A stretch of DNA of 63,944 nucleotides, the filler included, from Candidatus Desantisbacteria bacterium CG1_02_49_89 (GTDB taxonomy: Bacteria; Desantisbacteria; UBA1551), in NCBI GenBank assembly GCA_001871075.1. It is 4 parts of 4 records of this genome, joined end to end, with 100 filler letters (N's around TTAATTAATTAA, not from the genome) between each part and the next. Parts side by side here need not be neighbours in the genome. Positions count along the whole stretch, not along the records: positions 1 to 17,009 come from MNUP01000016.1; 3 more parts are not named here. One strand, 5' to 3'. The position numbers were made by a program, and so were the translations under genes. Below the pieces are notes generated by a model. The model did no database searches and was not told where the DNA came from. It saw only the letters and a list, made by a program, of their open reading frames with translations. Numbering within the stretch: position 1 is the first letter of the stretch; every line of letters begins with the position of its first letter. Shown piece after piece: positions 1 to 11,500 of this stretch.

Positions 1-776
1 TTAGCGGTACCTTTGCTTATGGAAGCGCGCAGCATAACCGAGAACTCCTTGGGCAGGAAATCCACGGAGCGGATATCAAGCTGTGAGGTTGCGGGCAGGG
101 CGCTGATAGTTACGTTATCCTGCTTGCCTGCAAAACCGAACTGAAAATCCTCTCCCGCGGTGCGCGTCGCTTCAATAACAAGTATTTCCATCATGACCTG
201 GGGAGGAGAAACATCTATAACAGAAATATAATCCTCTGTTTTTCTCACGACATCTTCTCCGCCTGAAACATAGATCGCGTTCTGCTCCTCGAGCACTTTA
301 AGGTTCGCCGCGGGTATGCCCGTAGGCAGAAGAGCAACAGCGTCAGACGCCTTTATATATTGGAGCATTATTAATTTTTCCGTGCATGGCTTCTTCTGCT
401 CTTTTGCCGGCGCTTTCTCTTCTTCTTTCGCGGCGATTGCCGGCTTGCTTCCGTCTTTTGCCAGCTTCACGATATAGAGCACGTCGTCTATGATCGTGTA
501 AGTGGACCCGGTGGAATCGCACAGGGCTTTCAGGACGGTCCACAGCGGCACGGTGGAATATTTGCCGGTTACCTTGCCTTCAACGTCGGTTCCGGGCAGG
601 ATGGTTATTTTGGTCATATTGGATATGTTCTTCAGCGCCCCTGCTATGTCCAGGTTCTTGAATTCAATGGTGACCGGGTCGTTCATCCTTTTTTCCACGT
701 TCTGGGCGCATACCGGCGCTGTTACGGCAAAACCTGTTGCAATTGCCACAATAAAAATCATAATCCTATTTTTCAT
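1..776 (-). CDS. Secretin (PilQ/GspD family), 3'-truncated at window edge
   Basis: Absent from the ORF track because it has no stop in the window. Manual translation from ATG 776: signal peptide MKNRIMIFIVAIATGFAVTAPVCA, N0-like VTIEFKNLDIAGALKNISNMTKITILPGTDVEGKVT, N3-like LQYIKASDAVALL...NAIYVSG, secretin entry motif IDVSPPQVMMEILVIE. Confidence 0.85.
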   Translation of the reverse strand, partial: MKNRIMIFIVAIATGFAVTAPVCAQNVEKRMNDPVTIEFKNLDIAGALKNISNMTKITILPGTDVEGKVTGKYSTVPLWTVLKALCDSTGSTYTIIDDVLYIVKLAKDGSKPAIAAKEEEKAPAKEQKKPCTEKLIMLQYIKASDAVALLPTGIPAANLKVLEEQNAIYVSGGEDVVRKTEDYISVIDVSPPQVMMEILVIEATRTAGEDFQFGFAGKQDNVTISALPATSQLDIRSVDFLPKEFSVMLRASISKGTA

Positions 777-847
777 ATCCCATCCCTTCATGACGTAAAA
801 ACTATTCAGCCACGGATTTACAAAATTTCCACGAAAACACGAAAGTA

Positions 848-927
848 CCCCCTGCAGTCCGATGCAACATCGGACTCAACGCAGGGGCCTGCGCGCCAGA
901 GCTGAGCGGATGGCGCTGCGGACGGAG
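848..927. repeat. Structured double-hairpin dispersed element (homologous to 44251-44338; partial copy at 27440-27478)
   Basis: CCCCTGC-hairpin-AAC-GCAGGGG-CCTGC-GCGCCA..TGGCGC; the 44251 copy has the same layout with compensatory changes. Confidence 0.7.
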
Positions 928-1004
928 GCACGGAGACACAGAGAATTGTTTGCGATGCACGATGCACGAAGAACGATGCACGAGTAAAAACTCTGACACT
1001 GTAT

Positions 1005-3008
1005 TTAAAAGGGCATCTGGTACACTGATTTCGAAATGAAAGCAACGGCTATACCCGCCATTCCTATCAAGCCCATACCGCAGGAATATCCCGCAAGCAG
1101 GACCGGCGCGTAGGATTTCCAGGTTTCTTTTCCGTACCTTTTCGCAAAAACATATCTCCCAAGGAGGCCTCCGAACATTAAGGGAATTGAGCCGTGAGGC
1201 CATCCTCCAAGCCCGCCGAGAAGGCCGTAAAAGAAAAGCATTGGCAATTTAAGGAAATGGGTAAATGCCAGCAAGCCGCTCCCTATCGCCCCTCCCGCGA
1301 GTATGTATTGCCACTTTATGGATTCCAGAAGCCAGCTCCTTCCCTCGATGGTGGCAGTTGACCACAGGCACTGCATAGTCGCGTTCAAAGGCCAGAATTT
1401 TGCCGCGTACGGATAGACTGCCGACGGTATCGGGCCGAGTTTCCATAACAGCGACCAAAAAATGAAGCTCGTGAACATTACTATCGGGAACATAAGGAAT
1501 TCGGCTTTTATTATGCTCGTGAATTTCGTTCCTGTCAGTTCCACTTCTCTGAAGAACTGGGACATATATCCGTGGTCCTGAAGGGGGATCGGGGTGAACC
1601 AGATAGCCACTCCCTTGTAACCCATGTTCCTGCTGAACACGAATATCCCTTCCCTGATATAGGGAACGCCCCAGTCTCCGCCTGTCAATCCCCTCATCCT
1701 CGCGGAAACATACGTGTCCAGCGGAGACCAGACAAAAGCAAAGAATACAAAAAATATAAACGGGAATGTGGGAACGAGTTTGTGCGCGAGGAAAAGAAAA
1801 CCGCACATAGAGCTGATCCATAAAACTCCCGCGAGCCAGATCGGTATGTCCCCCCGTCCCGGGACAGGCTTAAGGCTTCCCCTTACCGCCTGGTTCTTCT
1901 TGCCGGATGTAAAGCTTTTTACGGTCGAGACAATTCCGATAACGGCTATTACGAGAGCCGTCCCTATGCCGACGCTCATCCAAAAATTTATGCTTGTGGC
2001 GATCCCTGTCTGGATCGAGCCCATCCCGTGCCGCCAGGTATGGAAAACCCCCATCCTGTAGAGTATGGGATGCAGCACGATCTGGCTCAGAATAGTAGTT
2101 ATAAAAGTACCGATTACGATCGGAAAAGGAATAACAAAACCGACAAGGATACCGCTCATATCCGTGTTCAGGCCCCATATGGCGGACGGCAGAATGCCTT
2201 CCACGTTCGTGGTCAGATCGATAAAAGGTATTGGCAGGATCTAAAAAGTTTTTCCGAAGATCGCCGTTGAAAACGCGGGTATAAATACATAAATAAATCC
2301 GAAAGCAACCCCGATCACCGCGCCGATGCTGAATACATTCCACCTCCACGTGTCTCTTTTCCCGCCTGACGCGTCGGCAAGCGCCGTGGCCCCTTCCGCG
2401 CCCACTGGAGCCATCGGGAAAGGAAGCTTTTCAAGGTCAGATGTTACTTTGAAAACAAAAAACCCGCCCCCGAACCAGTTGAGCCTTCCCAGTATCGAGC
2501 ATATGAACATCAGCCAGACAGGCTGCAGCCAGTCCTTGTGCAGAAAAGTCCTTGCGGCATACGATTCAGAGCCGGGGAAAGGAGCGATCCATCTTACACC
2601 CTCTGCTTTCAGATATTCAACAATGCCGAACCCGTATGCGGCAGGCGACTGGAGAAGGTACTGGTTCCATATAAAACCCGCGAACGGGCCCCCTCCCACA
2701 AGCCCGCCTGCGATGTAATAAAGAATATATATTTCCTGTTTCTTCATTTTGCCGAATGACCTTCGCACAATTTCCATGAACAGGATGATGGTCACCCATT
2801 GCGCGGCAGAACCTATCCCGCCGCCTATCAGGAGCCCGAGATATATGGACGCGGGCATCATTATGAAACCCACGAAAAATGCCCCTATTACCGCGTACCA
2901 CGTGAAACCTTCCTCAAATATTTTCGGCGCGGCCTCGCGCTTGGTTCCCACGCTGGTATCTTCTTTTCCCCAGGTTGATATTTGCTCAGGCTCGTTTTTC
3001 TCTTTCAT
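1005..3008 (-). pseudogene. OPT-like peptide transporter membrane protein (~667 aa) interrupted by one in-frame TAG at 2241-2243
   Basis: ORFs 2241..3008 and 1005..2204 share a frame and read ...FGKTF*ILPIPFIDLTTNVEGILP...; polytopic hydrophobic protein with OPT-like LPFPMAPVGAEG motif. Confidence 0.7.
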
Positions 3009-3109
3009 GTGTATTCCTGATTTCGGCGATAAAATAAATCCGATTACAGCGATTTAATTCTTTTAACTAATAGCAGGGCAAGCCCTGCAGCTACGTTGTA
3101 TTCCGGGTT

Positions 3110-4132
3110 TTAACTTTCAGCTTTCAGCTTTGAGCTTTCAGCTTGCTCAAGCTGCGGCTTTTCCATGCTTCCCAGCTTGTCCTCAATGCGGCCCAGCCTG
3201 CGTTCACCGTCGGAGTATTTGCCCTGGGCGTCTTTCAGGTGCCTTCCCAGCACCTCGAAATCCTCCCTGAACCTTTTCAGGTCCCCTTCCAGCCGTGAAA
3301 GGTTCTGCAGGACCTGCTGCGCGCTCTTCTCAAGCGTCATTCCCTTCAGGCCAAGCGCTATCACCTGCAGGTAGGCGTAAAAGCTGTTGGGAGAGACCGG
3401 GATCACCTTCCTGCTTATCGCGTAAGGGAAGATCCCCTTGTCCTCCCCCGGCATTTCATCCCTTGTTATGCTCTCGTAATACACGTTCTCCGCGGGTATA
3501 TACATCATCGCGAAATCATACGTTCCCTCGTCGGGAAGTATGTATTTTTCCGCTATATCGTCTACGTGTTTTTTTACGTCGCTGAGGAATTTTTTCCTGC
3601 AGGAAAGCCTTTCGTCCTCTGTCCGGCTTTCAACGACCCTTTTGAAATTTTCAAGCGGGAATTTCGCGTCCACAGGCACGAACCTGTTCCCCGCTTTTAT
3701 GACCGCATCCACAACGTCGCCCGTCTTAAACCTGTGCTGCATTTCGTAAGCGCCGGGCAGGACCTGGGAAAGCAGTTCCTCGAGGAACAGCTCGCCGAGG
3801 TTTCCCCTCAGTTTGGGCGGGCTCAAGATCTGCTGCAGGTCGGACAGACCCTTGCCAAGCTCTTCCACCCTTTTTGTGGCTTCTTTCATGGCGCCCAGGT
3901 CTTTCTGAACGTCGGCCATCACCTGGTTGGAAGCCCGGCTTGTGCCGGCAACGTCTGAAAGCCTGTCGCTCATTTCCTTGCGCAGGGTCAGGATCTCTTC
4001 CCTGGCTCCTGTCATTTCCCCTACTTTTCCGGCAAGGTCATTGATCCTGCCTGAACTGCGCAGGATAACCGCAAAAAAAATAATGAGAACTGCCAATACA
4101 AATAAAAAAATGATTAACGTGACCAATTCCAT
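3110..4132 (-). CDS. rmuC: DNA recombination protein RmuC
   Basis: N-terminal TM plus coiled coil; RGNLGELFLE, VDAKFP, DFAMMYIPAENVY and VSPNSF motifs. Confidence 0.92.
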   Translation of the reverse strand: MELVTLIIFLFVLAVLIIFFAVILRSSGRINDLAGKVGEMTGAREEILTLRKEMSDRLSDVAGTSRASNQVMADVQKDLGAMKEATKRVEELGKGLSDLQQILSPPKLRGNLGELFLEELLSQVLPGAYEMQHRFKTGDVVDAVIKAGNRFVPVDAKFPLENFKRVVESRTEDERLSCRKKFLSDVKKHVDDIAEKYILPDEGTYDFAMMYIPAENVYYESITRDEMPGEDKGIFPYAISRKVIPVSPNSFYAYLQVIALGLKGMTLEKSAQQVLQNLSRLEGDLKRFREDFEVLGRHLKDAQGKYSDGERRLGRIEDKLGSMEKPQLEQAESSKLKAES

Positions 4133-4166
4133 ATATTATTCCATATACCAATATATCAATTTTATT

Positions 4167-4194
4167 ATTATACCATAAATATATTAATTGTCAA
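4167..4194 (-). promoter_or_regulatory. Sigma70-type promoter for rmuC
   Basis: Minus strand TTGACA-16 bp-TATAAT with extended TGn. Confidence 0.7.
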
Positions 4195-4195
4195 T

Positions 4196-4232
4196 AAAAA
4201 AAAGGGCTACCGCCGCAGGCGGCAGCCCTTTT
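4196..4232 (-). terminator. Intrinsic terminator after PorV-like gene (probably bidirectional)
   Basis: AAAGGGCTACCGCC-GCA-GGCGGCAGCCCTTT hairpin with A/T tracts on both sides. Confidence 0.8.
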
Positions 4233-4244
4233 GTTTTCATATCC

Positions 4245-5237
4245 TTAAAACTTCGCGGTTATGGAGATCCTGTGCGTTGTGCCGAGGTCCCCGAACGGGA
4301 CAAACGCGTAATCCACAAGGTAATTCAGGAACTGCGCTCCGCCCCCGAACGTGATGCCGGCTGGCTCAGAACCCTTGTAGCCGACCCTTGCGGATATCAT
4401 GTTGTTAAAAGTGTATTCAACGCCGGCATTCACAGAGGTCACGTTATCAGTCATCGCGTTCACGTCAAACAGGCACATGAGCGCGTGTTCCTTGGTATTG
4501 AGTATCTTGCACGCAACCCCTGCTTTTATGTTTGAAGGGAACATCACGTTCGCCCCATCCGCCAGGTACCTGAAGGTCGTGCCGAAATTCTGGAGCATGA
4601 ACCCGGCCTTGAGGTAATCATTGATGGTATATATGATCCCGAAATCAAGAGCCGCGCCGAAAGCCGAATAGTCGCCTATGGTCGAAGAAACCATCTTGAC
4701 AGTCAGGCCTATGCTTCCCGAGGTCAGCAGTTTTGAGGCGGCTGAAATGCCGATCGCGTAATCCGTGGCAGTGAATGTCCCGTCCTGCCCGCCGTAAAGG
4801 CCTCCCGCTGTTTCCAGGGTCTTTGGTATGCTTCCGTAGCCGGTATAGGTGAAATTCGCGCCGAAAGCAAGGATCTTCTCTTTTCTGTCCTCACTCCTGA
4901 TATTTCCCTTGCCGTCAGCGATCTTTACGGTCTTGATCCTTTCAACAGGCTGGGCATACGCGAGATACTCCGCACTTATTCCCTCTACCCAGACGTTGTG
5001 CATGAAAGTAACCTGCTTGTTATCGATCTCGATAAGCCCTGCGGGATTCCAGTAGGACGCGTTGATATCGTCTGCCGCCGCGACAAAAGCGCTTCCCATA
5101 GCAACAGGCCTTGCTCCGGCTTCCATTTTAAGGAACTGTAATCCTGCCGTGCCCTTGTCTTGCTCACCGGCGAACGCAGGCGCTACGCACACTGCCGCTA
5201 CCAGCAGCAGTGCAGTTATTTTTGCAAATATTTTCAT
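4245..5237 (-). CDS. PorV/PorQ family (UPF0164) outer-membrane beta-barrel
   Basis: Signal peptide; FLKMEAGARPVAMGSAFVAAADDINASYWNPAGL; C-terminal DYAFVPFGDLGTTHRISITAKF. Confidence 0.88.
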   Translation of the reverse strand: MKIFAKITALLLVAAVCVAPAFAGEQDKGTAGLQFLKMEAGARPVAMGSAFVAAADDINASYWNPAGLIEIDNKQVTFMHNVWVEGISAEYLAYAQPVERIKTVKIADGKGNIRSEDRKEKILAFGANFTYTGYGSIPKTLETAGGLYGGQDGTFTATDYAIGISAASKLLTSGSIGLTVKMVSSTIGDYSAFGAALDFGIIYTINDYLKAGFMLQNFGTTFRYLADGANVMFPSNIKAGVACKILNTKEHALMCLFDVNAMTDNVTSVNAGVEYTFNNMISARVGYKGSEPAGITFGGGAQFLNYLVDYAFVPFGDLGTTHRISITAKF

Positions 5238-5516
5238 TTTGTCCTCCCGTGTTAATATAAATCCATAATACTGATCCTAGATACTGGATCCTGGATGTCC
5301 CAAAGGTCCCAATGGGATCCCTTTGGGGGATCCCCTCGGGACAATCTCGTTTTTAAGACGGGATTGCTTCCCCGCCACAAATATTGGCGGGTCGCAATGA
5401 CATAAAAAGCGTCAACCTTGATCTAACATCCGGGATCCCCGCCCTGAAACCTTAGGGCGAGGCTCGCCCAGGCATAGGCCATGTGGGCGGCAGCATCCAG
5501 GATCTGGTATTTTGTA

Positions 5517-8500
5517 TTATCGTATAAGCCCTATCTTACCGGTCGTCCTGTTGCCTGACGGGTTTGTAATAACGTAGATGTAAATACCCGGAGCCACATC
5601 AACGCCAGAGGCGTTCTTGCCATTCCAGCTTGCCTCTCCGTTAGGATCATCAACTGCAACCTCTTTTATGAACTCGCCGACAGAATTGTAAATCCTGATG
5701 GTTGCCAGTTTTGTCAGATGATTAAACTTAACGGTTCCTCCCACGGCTTGTGCGGGTATATACGGGTTCGGGAACACCAATACACCGCTCAGATCACTAC
5801 CAGCCTGGTAAGGCCTGAATATCATCAGCCTGTACACGGAGAAGTGGCTCACTGTCACAGTGACCGTCCTGTTCACTAAGTCAACCTGCACCGCGCCTGC
5901 CACAAGCTCCCATGTCCTGCCGTTAAGCACGAATACGCGCAGGTTCGACGGGTTTTCCAAGCCAAGCCACACGCCCGCGTAGGAAATCGTTATCCTCACG
6001 GCGCTGGTATTGTTCAGGGTTACGTCAGTGGAAGTATCGCTGACCCTTACAGCCCTTATGCTCACTATCCTGCCGTTCAGCTCGCTGATGCCCGCGTACT
6101 GGCCGTTTATAAGAGCCCACGTGTTCGCTTCGCAGATCGAATCGTTTATAGTCATGAACGCGATCACTATACTGGCGGGTTCTGTCAGGCTGCCTGCGGG
6201 TATATTAAGTTCTACTATCGTATCTCCGAACTCGTTCATCAGCGTGTAAGACCTGTCCTCGTTGGCCGGGCTGAACACATCAATGGTCCTTGCCAGGTGC
6301 ACTCCGAGAGCCGGGCCCTTGTCGTCCTTCGCGCCGACAAAAATGTCAACGGTCATCCTGCCTGTCCTATTGGTCGTCTTTGTGACGGTGAACGTCGAAG
6401 CGCCTAAGTTGCCGGGCGCAAGGCCAAGCGGGTTGGGCTTGGTGACCGTGAACTCGGAGCTTATGTCCTCGCCATCCATCGTGAACACCACGCAGCTTGT
6501 CGCCGTGTCGATCGTGACGTTCTTCATACCTATATTCTGAACGGTGAGCGACATCGTCCAGGTATTGCCGCTTGAGGGCACAGTATTCGGGACCGTAACG
6601 ACTCCCACCTGCGCTATACCGGTTATCATTATGGTATCGCTCTTCGCGTCCGAAATGTTGCCGCACGCATCTATGAACTTCACCCACACGGTCTTGATTC
6701 CGTCAAGCACGTTCTGCGAGAGTACCCAGTTCGCGCTTGTCACGTAGGCGATCGTATTCACAGTGCTGAAGTTGTCATTCGATACCGCGATCTGGCCGTT
6801 GCCTGCCTGGGTGTCGACAGAGCTGAAGTTCAGCGTTACCGTGTAGGTGTTCACGTACTGGTCCCCGTTGTTTATCTTCACGCTTCCGGACGGAGGAGTA
6901 AGGTCAACCACTATGGTGTCGCTCCTCACAGGCGAGACATGGCCCAGCGCGTCAAAGTATTTCGCGTAAACGTACCTTTCACCGTCACCGGTATTAGGCA
7001 GCGTCCACACGATGCCGGCAGGATCGTAAGCCCTGGCTACAAAGTTAAGGTTGTCGTTGGAAAGCATCACCTGCGCGATGCCGGACTGCGTGTCCACCGC
7101 GTAAATATTCACGATCACGTTTATGCTGTTGACATAGTCGAACCCTGCATTAAGAGCGAACGCTCCGTCAGGATAAGCCACGTCTATGACTATCGTATCC
7201 GTGGCAGTGACCGAATTACCTACCTTATCTATATATCTTACCGTAACCGTCTTCAGGTCATCGCCCGCGGAAAGCACAAGCGCCCTGCTGCCCGGCGTGT
7301 AAGCGGAAGTATTATCTACCCCGCCTTCGCTTATCACAACCGTATCAACGCTGGTAAGCGCGTCTGAAGCCGAAAGCGCTATGCTCACGGTCCAGTTTTC
7401 CGTGTAATTGGCGCCTGTATCTATAACCACTGAACCCGAAGGTGAAGTTACGTCAATGAGTATCGTGTCGGAATAAACCGGCGAGATATTGCCGGGACGG
7501 TCTATGAACCTTGCGGTAACCGTCTTCACGCCGTCAGAAACGAATGTCCATACCTTTGCGCCTGCAAGCGCGGAGGTCTCCGTGTTCACACCGTCGGAAA
7601 TGACCATGGTGTCAACAAGAGATTCCGTATCCGCAGCGTTGAGCGTCAGGTTGACGGTAAGGCTGTTGAACAGCACGCCTTCGTTTATGGACACCGAACC
7701 TGAAGGATTGGTGACGTCTATAAGGATATTATCCGTCGCCTGCGCGGAAATGTTTCCGGCATGATCAATGAACCACACCTGGATCATCCTGTTGCCGTCG
7801 TATGTGAACGTCCACGCCTTGCTCGTTGCGTAAGCGCTGGTGCTGGTGGACACCCCGTCGGTTATGACCATGGCGTCAACCGCTACCTGCGTATCCGCAG
7901 CGTTGAGCGTCAGGTTAATGCTCATCTTGTTAAGGAACAAGTCCTCGTCAATTACCACTGTGCCGGACGGAGGCGTGATGTCTATAAGGATGCTGTCCGA
8001 CGCGTTTGCGGAAACGTTGCCCGCCTTGTCCAGGAACCTGGCGTTGATCACGTTGACGCCGTCGGCATCAAATGTCCATCCTATTGCTGTTGCATACGGC
8101 ATAGTGTTAACATTGGTGCCGTCGTCTATGACCATTGTATCAACGGAAACCAGCGCATCTGAAGCGCTGAGCGCCATCGTAATGGTCCTGCTGTTATGCA
8201 GGATGCCCTGGTCTATAGCTACCGTCCCGGACGGAGGAGTGATGTCTATAAAGGTCGTATCCGAGAACGATCTGGAGACGTTGCCTGCCGCGTCAATGAA
8301 CCTTACGGACACGGTCTTGTTCCCTTCGGAATAGATAGCCCATGCCACAGCCGGGCCGAAAGCGTAGGTGTTCGTGGTAACCCCGTCACTGATTATCATC
8401 GTGGTAATGGCGCTCTGCGTGTCTGCAGCGGCGATCGTAAGGTTGACGTTAAGATTGTTGCAAATCTTGCCCTCGTCGATCGTGACCGTCCCGGAAGGAG

Positions 8501-11500
8501 GAGTAAGGTCAATAAGTATGTTGTCGGTGAACACTCCGGATACATTCCCGATATGATCTATGAACCTGACACTCAGTGTATTGTTGCCGTCGGTTGCGAA
8601 CGTCCAGGTCTTTGAAGCGGCGTAAGCGCAGGTACTCGTATTAGTACCGTCGGATATTACCATGCTGTCTATCGCGCACTGCGTATCCACAGCCGATATC
8701 ACCGTGCTCACGGTCCTGTTATTATACAGCGGCTTCTGGTCGATCGAAACAGTTCCCGAGGGAGGGGTCATGTCGATAACTATGTTATCGGCGAACTGCT
8801 TGGACGTGTTGCCCGCGTCGTCCGTGAACTGCACACTGACCCTCTTTGTCCCGTCGGACGTGAATGCCCATGGCTGGGTAGCGGCGTACGCGAGCACGCT
8901 TGTGTTCTCGCCGTCGCCTATGATCATGCTGTTCACTGAAACCTGCGTGTCATACGCGCTGATGGTCAGGCTGACCGCCATGTCGCCGTGCAGGTCTCCT
9001 TCGTCTATACCAATGGTTCCCGAAGGAGGCGTGAGGTCTATTGTTGTTGCCGCTGAATACCAGACAGACAGGTTGCCTGCCGCGTCAATGAACCTTACGG
9101 ACACGGTCTTGTTGCCGTCGCTGGCGAATGTCCAAGGAGCGGCTGCCGCGAATGGCAGAGTGCTGCCGTTCACGCCGTCCATGATCATCATTGTGGTGAC
9201 CGCTGACTGCGTGTCAGCTGAGGCAAGCGTGAGGTTGACCGTAAGGCCGTTATACAGAATGCCTTCATCAATTGATACCGAGCCTGAAGGCGGGGTAAGG
9301 TCGATCGTTATGTTATCCGAGAACTGGGATGAAACATTCCCGACGTGGTCAATGAAGCTGACGTTCACGGTCTGGTTGCCGTCGGAAACAAATGTCCACG
9401 CTTTGGTTGGCGAATAAGCGGAGGTGCTGGTCGCGGTCCCGTCCGAAACAACCATCGTGTCTACCGAGGTCTGCGTGTCCGCAGCAGTTATGCTAAGGCT
9501 GACCGTGCGGCTGGCGTAAATCGGCTTCTGGTCTATGACGACCGATCCCGAAGGAGGCGTAAGGTCTATCTCGATATTGTCGGTGAACCATCCGGACGCG
9601 TTGCCCGCGTTGTCGATGAATTTCGCATTTATGGTCTTGCTGCCGTCTGAACCGAACACCCATGCCCTGCTTATCGCGTAAGGTTCGGTGCTTGTAGTGA
9701 CCCCGTCGGTCAGGACCATGGTGTCAACCGTAAGCTGGGTATCAGCCGCGGATATCGCGAGGTTCACGCTAAGGCTTCCGAAAATCGTGCCTTCAATAAA
9801 TGACACGCTCCCTGAAGGAGGAGTAAGGTCAATCAGCACGGCATCCGAAGCGGTATCCGACTTGTTGCCCGCCCTGTCGATGAACCTGGCATAAACGCTC
9901 TTATTTCCGTCCTTTGCGAAAGTCCATGCGTGCGAAGTCGCGTACGCGAACGTGCCTGTGGCAGTCCCGTCATAGATAACCATTGTGTCAACAGGGACCT
10001 GTGTGTCATCCGCGCTGATGGTAAGATTTACCGTCAGGCCGCCGCTGTAAATATCGCCTTCGTCAATGCTGACCGTCCCGAAAGGAGGCATAACATCTAT
10101 CACTGTCGTGTCTGAGGCAGCCGCGGAAGAATTACCGGCCTTGTCGATGAATTTCACTGTTACGGTCTTGTTCCCGTCGCTTACGAATGCCCAGGACTTG
10201 CTGGTTGCGTACGCGTAGGTGTTCACGTTTTCGCCGTCAGAGATAACCATCCAGTCCACGGTAACCTGGGTGTCCGCAGAAGCAAGAGTAAGACCAATAA
10301 GATGCCCGTAGTAGAGATGGCCCTGGTTGATCGAAACGCCTGCCGTTGGCGGAGTAATATCAATGACCGTCGTATCCGTAGCCCCGGCTGAAACGTTACC
10401 GGTGCTGTCAATGAACCTGGCCGTTATCGTCTTGCTGCCGTCGGATGCGAACGTCCACGTCTTGCTTGTGGCGTAAGGTTCTGTGCTTGTCGCCGAACCG
10501 TCGGTGATTACCATTGTGTCAACGTATGTCTGGGTATCGGACGCGCTCAGCGTGAGGTTAACGGTCAGGCTGTTGTGCAGGTCTCCCTGATTTATGGAAA
10601 CTGTGCCTGAAGGAAGGTTAAGGTCCACAAGGATGGTGTCTGAGGCAGCCGGGGAAATGTTGCCGGCGCGGTCGATGAATACAACCGTAACAGTCTTATT
10701 GCCGCCTGTTGCGAATGTCCATGCCTGCGCAGGAGCGTAAGCGTAGGTGTTCACCGCTGCGCCGTCCGCAATAACCATGGTATCAACAACTGACTGCGTG
10801 TCAGCCGAAGCAAGCGTGAGGTTGATCGTCAGGCCGTTGTAGATCGTTCCCTCGTCTATCGAAACAGAAGCTGAAGGAGGAGTGAGGTCAACCATCACGT
10901 TATCTGTTGCCTGGGTGGAATTACCCGCCCTGTCAAGGAACGAGGCTGTTATTGTCTTGCTGCCGTCGGATGCGAAGGTCCACGGAAGCGCTGCGGCGTA
11001 TGCGTAAACAGCGGTATTAGCGCCGTCGCCTATGACCATAGTATCCACAGGGGTCTGCGTATCTGAAGCTGCAAGCGTCAGGTTGATATTCAAGCTATTT
11101 ATGAGGTCTCCCTCATTAATTGTAACTGTACCGGAAGGATTCGCGAGGTCAAGATATATCGAATCGCTGTATTCGCCGGATATCCATCCCGCGCCGTCCT
11201 GGAACTTCACCTGGACGGTCTTTGTCTCATCCCCTGCTCCCGCGTTCCACTGGACCCGGGACGCGTAAGGCAGAGATGCAGTAGTGGCAAAGCTGTCATT
11301 GCTCACTAATACATTATATACCTTATTATTATCTGTCGCGTTCAGCCACAGGGTCACGGTGTTGGAATTCGCGAAAAGCTGGTTGTCATTTATGTTCATT
11401 GAGCCGACCGGCGGATACGTGTCGATCACTATCGTGTCTGTCATCACCGTTGAGGCCCAGTCCATTTCGTCTATGTATTTTACCCAGACAGTCCTTACGC

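Noticed and set aside
802-1203. ORFs 802..1203, 818..1045, 44226..44432 and 45059..45241
   Set aside because: They run through palindromic or low-complexity repeats and lack coding character
2241-2243. Genome-wide TAG reassignment
   Set aside because: Several complete genes end at TAG (22167, 30861, 43990, 61584, 63620)
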